Below, piece after piece: positions 27,001-36,843 of a stretch of DNA of 64,000 nucleotides. The translations under genes were made by a program, and so were the position numbers. The stretch is from Lingula anatina (lineage: Eukaryota; Animalia; Brachiopoda). Within the stretch, counting starts at the first letter, position 1, and the number at the start of each line of letters is the position of its first letter. The notes below the pieces were generated by a model. That model worked only from the letters and a program-made list of their open reading frames with translations, ran no database searches and had not been told where the DNA came from. Location of the stretch: positions 58,134,788 through 58,198,787 of the forward strand of contig CM120640.1 in NCBI GenBank assembly GCA_051362555.1, in the 5' to 3' direction.

Positions 27001-29730
27001 CAATGGAGGTCACGTGATCTGAAGACAAGCTCATATATCAGAATAATAGCTACAACTGCTGTTTTCGTCGTAAAACAGAATATATTATATTTCTATGAGT
27101 TATTCACAATGTTTTTATTGTGAAATATAGATTTCATACGAAGAGTTATTATCCCTTTAATGTCTGTATGCTAAATAATTGAGATTTAGAAAAAACGGTT
27201 CAAACAGAAAGTCACCACTGAGGAAATTTTAAAAAGGATATTAAAGAGTACCTTTTATATCAATGTAAAAGAATACCTTTAATATCAATGTCTTTAATTA
27301 AAATTATATAGTACTTGATTTGCAGTTGGTATTAAAATATCATTTTTTAACCCATAGTCATAAACTTAATGTCTGGCTCTTTACTCCACAGCATCCCACT
27401 GAACAGAACCACAAGTAGTGGTATCCGTTCTATCCGCTGGATATATCCTGTGAATGGCATCCCAGAGTCTCACCCCATGGACTCCCAGGCTACAGTGGTG
27501 GAGTGCCAGGCCAGGGGGAGAATAGAAGAGAGATTAGAGGTGACACTGTCTGGTGTGGCACCTAGCTCAGCTGGGCCACAGAGAGGGATTAGGGCTAGAG
27601 CTATCACACCTAAGGGGAAGGAGCCTCAAATACCTGAGGGAATTGTGGTTGGAGAAGGTAAATGAGATACATAAAATGAAAGATTTAATATTTAAATTGA
27701 CATTTTTTCATAATTCATGAATCAAAAGTGTCTGATTTATGTCTCTTAGAATCTGCATTGAAATCCTAAAAATAACATAATTTATTTTGCTTCTTTGAGA
27801 TATTATTATTATTCAAACTTTGTGCTACAATTATCATTAAGTGCATAGTGATTAACAGTTATGATGAGCAGTTCACTAGTAAATTATTGCAAGAAGATAT
27901 GCACTTTGACCATTCAACGTAAACACTTATCATCTAGGACTCCAACCAGTGGAAGAATTTACTTATGAAATCCAGTATGATGATGCAGATGACAAGGACA
28001 ATCTGAAACACTCTGTGGCCCTGAACATGATCAGACAATACAGAGACAAAACATCTGGCCTGGTGGTGCTAGTGTTTAATATTGTGTTTGCACCATATAA
28101 ACAGATGATGTAAGTTATTTCATATGGGCATGTGAAATTGTAGGTAGTTTTGTCTTCCTGCAGAAGTTTATGTTGTATTGAAAGGGGATCTTTGATTTTG
28201 TATTGGGAAAATATCCATTAACATTTTACTCTCGACTTTTGTGAATAGTCTGAAAGATATATATATATTTTTTTTTAATTGAGCACTTTTTCCTTTCTGA
28301 AATTTGACAAATTTTTGTGGGTGTAGGATAGAGGTTGGGGGGGGGGGGGGGGCAGCTTACTGCACTTCTCAGATAGAGGATACTATACCACCTCTAGCCT
28401 CATCCCCTGATGAATGTATCTTGTGGTAATATCAACGATTTTTTAGCTGTTATTTGCAGAAACTATTGTAACATTATGCTTATCACAACTGATGAATTTC
28501 TTTGTTGGATATTTTTTTAATTTGATAATTCCAATTTGATTTTTAGCTGTTATTTGAAGAAACTATTGTAGTATTGTGCATATCACAACTGATGAATTTC
28601 TTTGTTGGATATTTTTGATAATAACTACATCATTTTTCATGTAATGCATGAGCCATTTAATTTTTATGGAAATTTTTCATCCTTCTTTTCCAGGCATGAT
28701 GTAAAATTGATGGTGAAGAGTGTCACAGGTGGTGTGTGGAAGTTTCCTGTTCGTTTCATTGCCACAGAGCCCCAGCCAGATGATGTGATAGAAATTGAGG
28801 CTTTAGGGCTGAACAAGGAGTCTAATGTTGGATTCCGTCTGACAAGTCAAACAACGTAATGATTTGATTTGTTATTTGAAATCAAGCTTCTCTTGTTATA
28901 AAATGTTTGTGACTGAACTAAAATATCATGCTCTAGTGTAGAGAATGTATTTGAAATAAATTACAGATTGATCTGAAAAAAAGTGAATAGTTGGAAAATG
29001 AATGAAAAGCCTAGACTAACCATTCAGTTTAGTTAAAGTTTTTTTGTTTTCTGTTTTATATTTGAAGTCACTATCCCTTTGGTTTCAAGATACATTTTTA
29101 TTTAATTTTTTCCTTTGGCTATAGGCACCCAACACCATACAATGCATACTTCTTGGCTGGCAGTGATGCAGAATTCAAAGTCTATCCACAGAGTGGAGAG
29201 CTGCTGCCAGTGGGAAGTAATGGCACTTTGATATCTGTCAGTTTCACTCCTGGACTGTATGGAAAGCTGTATCAAGCTAAGCTGGTAGTTCAGGTAATAA
29301 ACTATTTCTATTGGTTTACATGCAAAGTGGAAAACACAGTTAGGAAACAAACTATTTATGAAAACTAACTAAACAATGACTGTTCCAGTTAAAAAAACAC
29401 CTAATTAGCAGTTCACCTGTAATTTTGTCTCTTTGTTGTTATTTGTTTAAATACTAAAGGAATAGCATATAAATACTAAATTATGTGTTGAATTTTTATA
29501 ATCCATTCCAGACCCCAGACATGCAGTGGACCTACAGTGTCCGTGGTGTACTGCCTGAGTACACACCCCCAAGGGGAGCCTCCTCCAGACCCATAGCAGG
29601 GCCACACCCAGACCCCAGGAGACGGGGGGAGAGAATGAACTATGTTAGAGAAAACCTCAAGCTTACCACCACTGCAGTGTCATCACCAGTGAAGGGAGCT
29701 CCAATTTTACCAAAATCCAAGTACATGTAA
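93..29730 (+). CDS. CFAP47: Cilia- and flagella-associated protein 47 (5'-truncated by the window, about 46 GT-AG exons)
   Basis: GT-AG exons join into one frame. Approximate exons: 93-272, 573-676, 922-1034, 1204-1337, 1567-1808, 2078-2200, 2391-2600, 3599-3880, 4032-4236, 4453-4648, 5714-5813, 7336-7579, 8531-8762, 8921-9116, 9306-9403, 10337-10600, 11455-11712, 13153-13358, 13623-13766, 19024-19142, 19520-19668, 22984-23128, 24382-24598, 25992-26148, 27393-27657, 28694-28856, 29124-29293 and 29512-29730, plus others; stop TAA at 29728-29730. The protein has repeated ASH/MSP-like Ig segments and a calponin-homology-like region (SNVYCVGERIVLAWLNHCYE...WIVNFDFDLLDGLVLGACL), matching the CFAP47 (CXorf22/30) architecture. 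Confidence 0.88.
6398..6436 (+). CDS. Candidate 39-nt in-frame cassette micro-exon of CFAP47 (GRHMLLPRKRLMK)
   Basis: Acceptor ttttag|GGA and donor AAG|gtaggt; 13 codons with no stop; phase 0-0, matching the flanking exons 5714-5813 and 7028 onward. Confidence 0.4.
7714..7889. mobile_element. MITE (hAT-like CAGG termini)
   Basis: Perfect 15-bp terminal inverted repeats CAGGCCCGTAGCCAG / CTGGCTACGGGCCTG with an internal poly-C tract. No clear TSD. Confidence 0.7.
13868..17229 (+). mobile_element. Non-autonomous Helentron-associated element (HINE, DINE-1/pearl-like) carrying a satellite array
   Basis: Features in order: 5' subTIR TTGTACCACCAGC with an adjacent inverted copy GCTGGCGGTACA; (CCGCCGGCT)n microsatellite; central tandem array; 3' subTIR GCTGGTGGTACAA (17181-17193); short hairpin GAGGCGGTATCGCCTC; CTAGT terminus in a T-rich context. 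Confidence 0.85.
14873..17024. repeat. Tandem satellite array, 146-bp monomer, about 15 copies
   Basis: The motif CCTTTTATCTCCAAAACTGGC recurs at about 14874, 15020, 15166, 15311, 15457, 15603, 15749, 15895, 16041, 16187, 16333, 16479, 16625 and 16771, with a degenerate copy at about 16916. Confidence 0.97.
17338..19005. mobile_element. Foldback-type element / large palindrome with ~690-bp inverted arms
   Basis: The arm at 17338-~18027 is the reverse complement of ~18315-19005 with very few mismatches. The spacer is about 290 bp, AT-rich and non-coding. No TSD resolved. Confidence 0.85.
20590..21720. repeat. Diverged ~338-bp tandem repeat (3-4 copies) inside the HINE
   Basis: TTGGCATTTTCAAG..TGTGACTT..GAAGACCTTTGCTAG recurs at about 20592 and 20929, with more degenerate copies at about 21262 and 21601. 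Confidence 0.7.
22091..22307 (+). mobile_element. Miniature Helentron-type element nested in a HINE
   Basis: SubTIRs ACCTCTGCCAAG / CTTGGCAGAGGT, 3' hairpin GCGCTCTCGGAGTGC, CTAGT end, TT insertion context. Confidence 0.8.
26820..27156. mobile_element. Kolobok-like MITE with TTAA TSD
   Basis: TTAA|AGGGATAATAACTCTTCGT ... ACGAAGAGTTATTATCCCT|TTAA: a perfect 19-bp TIR beginning with purines (AG) and a TTAA duplication. Confidence 0.82.
28372..28616 (+). mobile_element. Degenerate copy of the hammerhead-bearing Penelope-like terminal repeat, with tandem-duplicated 3' tail
   Basis: Shares TAGAGG..CACCT..TAGCCTCAT..CCTGATGAA, TTAGCTGTT and CACA(A/G)CTGATGAA(T/A)TTCTT with 42588-42736. A ~75-bp tail is repeated at about 28441 and 28540. 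Confidence 0.55.
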
Positions 29731-31411
29731 ATGAGGAACACTCAAAAACTTTTGCTTGGAGTAAAATTGTGGACATGAATGAAGGATCAGTCAAATGGCA
29801 ACCATTCTTCAGACTGTCAAGCACTGCATGGAAACCTGTGATATCAGAATGTTGATTGCCACCTTTGAGCCAAAATCGAGTTGTTTTTTTTTTGTATATA
29901 TAACCTGTATATTTTTCATAATGTTTTGTAGTGTTAACCTGATTAACTTTTAATACCGTCCCTTTATTGTTGTCCTAAAGCAATACCTTTTAATATCTTT
30001 ACAGTTGTTACATCAAATCATTCAGTGACATCCGTCTTCACCTTCAAGTTGTTCATATAGCTTTTATATATGGTATGAAGTAAAATGTTGTGATTAAAGT
30101 TTTTAAACATTTATATCAGGTTTATTTTTTTATTCTCCCTTAGGCAGCCAACAAATTTTTAATTCAGATGATTTACAGCAGTCTGAAAAGATACAACTGT
30201 TCCAGAACGGGCAGTTGATTACAAATTGGTTATCTTTATTTCACATATCAGATGTTTGTTTTATACAAAGTGATTTGGGGGGGGGGGGGGGGGGGGGGGA
30301 ATGTCACAAGCTGTGTGAAGCACACTGAAGTTGGGATCAAGTTCAACACACACATACATGTATTTTTTTTTTTTTTGGTGGGTTCATTTAGGATGTAGAA
30401 AACCCAGGACATGTAGTTACTCTGCTTAGATATCATTTCAAGTGTATTGTGTGTAAGAGACAATATATGCCATAATTCACTCTTCCCAAGTCTTTCAGCT
30501 TGAGAGTTCAACCCCCTGTAAATGTCAATTCTAGGACTTAAATTAGGACTTTGAGGCAACTGAAACAATGGAAACTATTCTGTTAAACTACATTTATTTT
30601 TTCAACATCACAAAGAGAATGCCATTTTTCTATTGCCTAAATTGTCCAGCAACAAAACCTAAAATTCTAAAACTGTTGAAAATTCTCCAACTTATTTCTA
30701 AATCCATCACGTAGACTACTTTACTACTTTAATGCAATTGGCATTTTCTATACAAGTTAATGAAAACAACTATTTTTATGTTTTCATCATCGATGAATAT
30801 TTCACCCATCCCACCTCTCAGTTCATTGAGCCTTAACAGATCCCGGCAGTAGAAAAAGATACTAGTTCTCTCAGTAAAAATTACTAGTAGTTTCATCTCT
30901 TTTAGATGACTTCTGAAGATCTGTTCCTCCTACCTACATGCAATGTTACTCAAGAAAATAATCTTCACATTTGGACATATCTGGTGCTTCTTCATCATTC
31001 AGTGGTATAAATTACTACATAATCACCTTTACTACAGCTAATAATCCACTTCCTTTTATTATTCTTACAAAAATAATCAAGAAAACCCATGAAAACTACT
31101 TAATGCTTGTAATGTAACAGCTCTAATATAATCAGCTCAAAACTTGGATCTACTGCTACCTAATTTCTCTGAAATGGTTGTCCATCTGAAATCGCAGCAG
31201 CATCATCTCAAATGCAGCCACTGAAAATCTACCAAGATAGCACTGGTGACAACTGATTTGACTTACTTATGCTTTAATTACCCAAATGACAAAGTACACA
31301 GTATGAGAACATAAGTTTATGGTGTTTCATTCATGGAAATATGTCCCACAATCTGGTGAGTTTTTTGAAAATGTTCAGTGTTGGGAGTTCTCTGAGATGA
31401 GGTTAGAACAT

Positions 31412-32304
31412 TCAGTCACTGTCAAACTTGATAGAGTGCACACTTTGATCTATAGCACCTCCAGCATAACTGCCTCTCTTCTTCTTAGTCTTTTCATGGC
31501 GGAAGGATTTCCCTTTTGTGTGTTTCAAGTCTTGATTTGCTCTCTCCCCCCATGATCCCCTTGCACCAGACTGCAAAGAAAAACAGGATTATATGCCTTT
31601 TTTTTCTTAGCAAAGTAAAAAACCAATTAAACAATCGTAACTTCTTATTCTAAACGAATTAATGAATTTCTAGAATTGTTTGACCTCAGAAAATTGTTTC
31701 AAAGGAATTCACATTTTGAAAAAAGCATGATCTACTCGTAAAATCTGCAGAAGGCTGAATCAATTCTATATACTATAACCTGTCCTACTACTAACTACAT
31801 CCAACTGCCACATAAATGAACATTAATATAACAAAACTGGGTACCTACCATAATCTTGTCTCACACTCAAAACAATTTAACCATAAAATATTAGAATTTC
31901 AAGCATTTGTGTTTTAATTAATTCTATAACCTGTTTATTCACTCTTTACTGACCTTGGCTTCAAATGAATTGTCCGCTAGTTTTGGGGAAACTTTAATCT
32001 GATCTTCCTTCACTCTTTTAAATGGACTATTTTTTACCTTTTGCTATAAAAAAGAGGTATTTTTTCATTAGAACAATAATTCAAAGAGAAGTTTAAAGAC
32101 AGAAAGAGAAAAACAAAATGATTTTTTTTTTTTGGCAACTGAATATATCAGTATTAGTATCTCTGATCAAATTCATATTAAAGGTATGCCTACTCAATTA
32201 TTGGCTGCATTTAGAATAGGAATTATATTCCTATCAGCAGTATCGATCTATCTGTGCGGGGATTCTTGCTGAAGTGCACTCAATGTAATCAGCTTATTGT
32301 TTGA

Positions 32305-32335
<31 letters not shown>

Positions 32336-35300
32336 GCTAGGGGAGTTATCATCTTTAAGGTCTGAATTAAGAAAAAGTAGTCTGGCAGAACACCTAGGCA
32401 TATTAAAAAATGAGTTTGGCATATTGTTAACTTGTATAGCATATCTTTAACAAGATCTCTTAATTCATTCAACATTACTTCTTTTCAAATAATTTTATGT
32501 GACCAGAAAAACATGCATAACTTACCCCACTTCCTCCACTACCACCATTTAAGAGAGGCTTCTCAACTGAATTAGGTGTAACCATCTTGGCCTTTTTGGT
32601 AGGAATTTCTTCCTCGTCTGAAGTACTAGAATCTGAGCTAGGCGACTCTGCTTTAGTCTTACTCAGAGTTTTAACATTTGTTTGTGTTTTAGGGTCAGTT
32701 TTTGGGTTAGAATTTTGAAGAACTTTCTTTTTATCATTTTCATCATCAGAGCTGGAGTCAGATGAACTAGAATCTTGTTTTTTAGTTACATTCGCAGCTG
32801 TTGGCATTTTTTGTCCATTCACTGCCCCAGCTGCAATCCTTTTAGCTGTAGTTGAAGTTTCGTCTTCAGAACTAGAATCATCAGAGGAGCTAGATTCTCG
32901 TTTCTTAGCACTTACTTTTGCTGCTGTTCCTTTTGTACTGGGTTTTTCATCTTCATCTGAACTACTAGAATCTGATGAACTGGAATCTGGCTTGACCTTC
33001 TTGGCAGTTGTTGTTTGTTTAGCAGGTGCCTTAGAAGCAGGTTTGTCATCTTCATCTGAGCTGCTAGACTCAGATGAAGAACTAGAATCTGGCTTAGCTT
33101 GTTTTTGGGCTGGGGTTGAGGGTTTGGCTGGTTCTCCTTGTTTTGCTGGTTGTTTCTTTTTGTTTTCCTCTTCATCTGAGCTGGAGTCAGATGAGCTTGA
33201 ATCCGATTCTTTTTTCTTGGCAGATGCCAACTTTGGTGCAGGTTTGGCTGGAGGGGTTGCCTTGGTTGCAGCTTCTTTAGAGATGTCCTCATCTGAGCTA
33301 GAATCGGATGAACTGGAATCAGATGCTTGTTTCTTGGTTGTCACTGTTGCTGGTTTTGCAGCTGAAGTTGCCTTTGCTGTTACTTTAGTAGATGTGATAT
33401 TCTTTACAGGGACATCCTCATCGGAGCTCGAGTCTGAAGAACTGGAATCAGATTTTTGTTTCTTGTTAGATGTTGATGGTTTTGAAGCTGGCTTTGCAGG
33501 AGTTGCCTTTGTCAACGTTTTTGCAGGTGTGGCAGTTTCTACATCATCATCAGAGCTTGAATCTGATGAACTGGAATCTGATTCTTTTTTTGCAGATATT
33601 GCAGGCTTTGCTGGAGTGGCTGTTTTTACTGCAGTTTTTCCGGTTGTTTTCACAGACACATCCTCATCTGAGCTTGTATCTGATGAACTGGAATCTGAGT
33701 CTTTTTTTGCAGATATTGCAGGCTTTGCTGGTGTGGCTGTTTTTACTGTAGTTTTTCCAGTTGTTTTCACAGACACATCCTCATCTGAGCTTGTATCTGA
33801 TGAACTGGAATCCGAGTCTTTTTTCACAGCTACAGGTGCAGGTTTAGATGCTTGTGCTTTTGGTTTGCCAGCAACAGGTGTTGCTTTTGCTGGCTTCTCC
33901 TCTTCATCAGAACTGCTTGTATCTGAACTCGATGCTTTCGCTACTTGCTTTTTGTTAGCAGGGGTAGCAACTTTGCGAGGAGTAACTTTTCCCACTGGAG
34001 GTTTAATAGCAGGGGTTATCACTTTCTGGGCAGGTTTTTCATCTTCAGAAGAGGATGACGAGTCTTCTGAACTTGAGGATTCTGCCTTCTTAGCTTTTGA
34101 AACTTGTGGTATAGGTTTCATGGCCTGTGGGGTAGGTTTTTGGGTGGGAGATTTCCTTGCTACATTTAAGGCAGGTTTCTTGGCTGGTGGCCCTTCATCA
34201 TCTGAAGAGTCGGAGCTGGAGTCTGAAGAACCAGAGCTGGAGTCTTTCTCAGCTGCTTTAGCTGGAACTACTGGTTTTCCCTTAGCTGCTTGAGGTATAA
34301 CTGTTTGTGAAGGTTTAGGAGCATCATTTTCTGAGTCAGAAGAATCAGTACTACTATCACTGCTAGCTTCTGCCTTTTTCAACTGTGGGTTGGCAGTTTT
34401 CATCTGTTGGGAAGTGGCTGTTTTTGTTAATTTTTTTCCTACAGGTTTTGAAGTGCCTTTGGGTGTAGGCTCATCAGAATCTGATGATTCTGAGTCCGCA
34501 TCAGAGTCAGAACTCGATGGTAAATCTGGTTTATTCTTTTTACTGGCAGGAGCCACTGGTTTAGTTGTGTCTGGTAAAACCTTGGCTGGCTTTTTCTCAC
34601 TTTCTGAGTCACTAAAATAAAAACAGGTCATACAAAATTTGAAATCAATCCTTCTATGACTAGCATAAATCTCTCCACCATTAATACTTCTCTATTTTGC
34701 ATTCCTTTTTTAAAATCATTTGATGTTATATCTAGTGTTCTGCATAGGTAGGCCTATTATTCCTATGTCACTAAGAAAATATGTACCTGGAAGAATCAGA
34801 ATCAGAGCTGTCCTGCTTGGCTTTCTTGTGGTTTTGAACTCCAGAACTAGAATCCGCCTTCCTCTTCACTGGAGATTGTGTCCTGAAAAAGAACTTATGG
34901 TGTTCTTAAAACACTTCAAAAGTATTTTTTCTAAATAAAATTCAATCTTAGCACAAAAACATGAACAAAAATATCCCTACCACTACTTTTCTAAAATGTA
35001 TTTGTCTGGTAAACTTTACATAAAATTTCTCATAGAATTTCTTTCTTTGATTGTTTGTCCCTACTTCTATGTGAACCATTACAATCATACTCACTTTATC
35101 CATGACTCGTATATGTCAGCAATTCTTGGTGATCCAGGGGGTAGTGGTTTCTGGAAAGTATAAAACATTTGCAAATTAGACGCTAGTAATGTATGTGGCA
35201 TAAAATCATCTCTCTTTACTTAAACCTGTGTAGATTAATAGTACTCTACTTTAAAACTAAAAGTAAGACATGAGTAAAGTTTAAGACTGCTAAAGACGTG

Positions 35301-35671
35301 ACAGGCATCATGGCCTCAGACAACATTGAAAAAAGGTGGGGAAATACTAAAAAAATCCCCAAATTTTGCATTTGGTTCAGTTGCAAAACTCGGCCTTTGG
35401 CTTTGGTGCCAAAGAAATTTACACCAGCGTCTTATGCTCCGAACTGTCCCCGTCTCTGTACCATGTAGCGACAAGATGCACGTGGTCAGCAAATATTTAA
35501 TAAAGAGGTAGGGGCCATTCATATTTCAAGATAGAATGTAATGTAAAATTACAACTGACTTACTGCACCAGTCTCTTTTTTGAAAATGTCCGCTGCTTTC
35601 TTGCATTTTTCTTTCAAAAAATCGTAAATAGCTGGAATAATTCCAGCATTGGGACCATTTGCCTCCGCCAT
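31412..35671 (-). CDS. NOLC1: Nucleolar and coiled-body phosphoprotein 1 (Nopp140), about 864 aa
   Basis: Exons 35671-35564, 35150-35095, 34882-34787, 34611-32526, 32043-31954 and 31570-31412 total 2595 nt in frame. N-terminal LisH-like segment ([20 protein letters not shown]); about 17 alternating Ser/Asp/Glu and Lys/Ala/Pro tracts; C-terminal SRP40 domain ([48 protein letters not shown]). Confidence 0.95.
33565..33824 (-). repeat. In-frame 120-bp coding tandem duplication in NOLC1
   Basis: Near-identical 40-aa units [23 protein letters not shown](T/A)[15 protein letters not shown]. Confidence 0.9.
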
Positions 35672-35820
35672 TTTTAAAAGCGTGGTAGATCACACGGAAG
35701 TGAGTTGTAACGCATGTGCACTGTTCTATTTACGAAAGAAAATGAATCATGGCTCGAACAACTGCAAGCAATGGTTTGCAAACTTCTAGAACCCAATCTT
35801 TAGGATAAAATGAAAGTAAG
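35660..35820. promoter_or_regulatory. Putative bidirectional promoter for NOLC1 and the ASB gene
   Basis: YY1-like CGCCATTTT over the NOLC1 ATG, ETS CGGAAGTG (~35696), NRF1-like ACGCATGTGCA (~35710). A + strand donor AAA|GTAAGT at 35816 could join acceptor TTTTCAG (~36718) upstream of the ASB ATG. E-box CACGTG at 35479-35484 in NOLC1 intron 1. Confidence 0.5.
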
Positions 35821-35945
35821 TTTTAGAAATGCACACATGTCTTTATAAAATAACCAATATGATAGTAAAGAAATACAAGTTTTCTAGCAAAATTTATGAT
35901 GCAATAATATTATATCATCTCGATTCGTTACTCTCTCTAGTCTCG

Positions 35946-35988
35946 GTTCTCCCAAGGAGTTACAACAGTTGTAACTCCTTGGTTCTCC
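35946..35988. mobile_element. 29-bp palindromic transposon footprint with 7-bp TSD (P-element-like)
   Basis: GTTCTCC|CAAGGAGTTACAAC A GTTGTAACTCCTTG|GTTCTCC. Confidence 0.65.
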
Positions 35989-36843
35989 CAAAATTGTGAC
36001 TATGCCCCATAATTAATAATTATAATATAATATAATATATTTTTTAAAATTTAGAATCCACATTAAATGATCAGTACACTTTACAGGGGTAAAATGAACA
36101 GAAGAAGATGAATAAAGTCAAATAAATAGTTAAGATATATTAAAATAGTACAATGTCAAGATAACAAGCCAGTCATGTCAGTTATAAAACTTTTTGAAAA
36201 TATACGTTTTTAATTGCTTTTTAAATTTGTCCTTGGACTCTATAACTGGCCAAGTGATCTTAAACCACGTTTTGGAGCATAGCGATGAACTAGTTTATGA
36301 AGGTACAGGGGTCCTGATTGATAAAATATTGCATGCATAAAACACAGGAAACATCCCATGGTCCAGCAAATTCAGTTTGTAAAGAACGTACTGACCTAGT
36401 AATTTCAGCTAATGCATTTTCATTTTGTGGTGCATGATGTTGTGCAGTAGTTTGTATTCAGAAATATGCATTTTTTTCACTCATTGTCATGCCCAAACTT
36501 ACTGAAATCCCACCTTAATCTTTCATACCTTTTCAAATCTTGTACAGTAGATTGAGTTACAATTTGGAAGTCAGACTTAAGTAATTCATGAGCTTAAAAT
36601 AAGGTCAACAGTGTTGTGTAATTATCGAATTAATAAAAGTCTATACAGTGTAGTTTGTAGTTGTAAGATTTTATTGAAAGAGCAATAATATATTGTCTTG
36701 AACTTAACTGTTTTTCAGATATATCGGAGGATATGGGAATAGATATGTTAACAGCACATTGATGCTGTTAGACATGAAAAAATAATATGGCCAACATGCA
36801 GTGACTGTTATTAAAATGGAGTGGTGAAGCAGAAATATAACAG

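Noticed and set aside
32225-32233. ATATTCCTA (U17/snR30 m1-like motif) in a NOLC1 intron
   Set aside because: It is antisense to the host gene, and there is no m2 (AAACCAU) or ACA box.
32992-34293. 433-aa + strand ORF
   Set aside because: Antisense shadow of the low-complexity NOLC1 exon; it mirrors the Ser/Lys/Ala repeats and has no independent domain.
35255-35285. CUUUACUCAUGUCUUACU on the minus strand, reminiscent of the U22 snoRNA 5' region
   Set aside because: No box C immediately upstream and no box D at a suitable distance downstream; a short match in AT-rich DNA.
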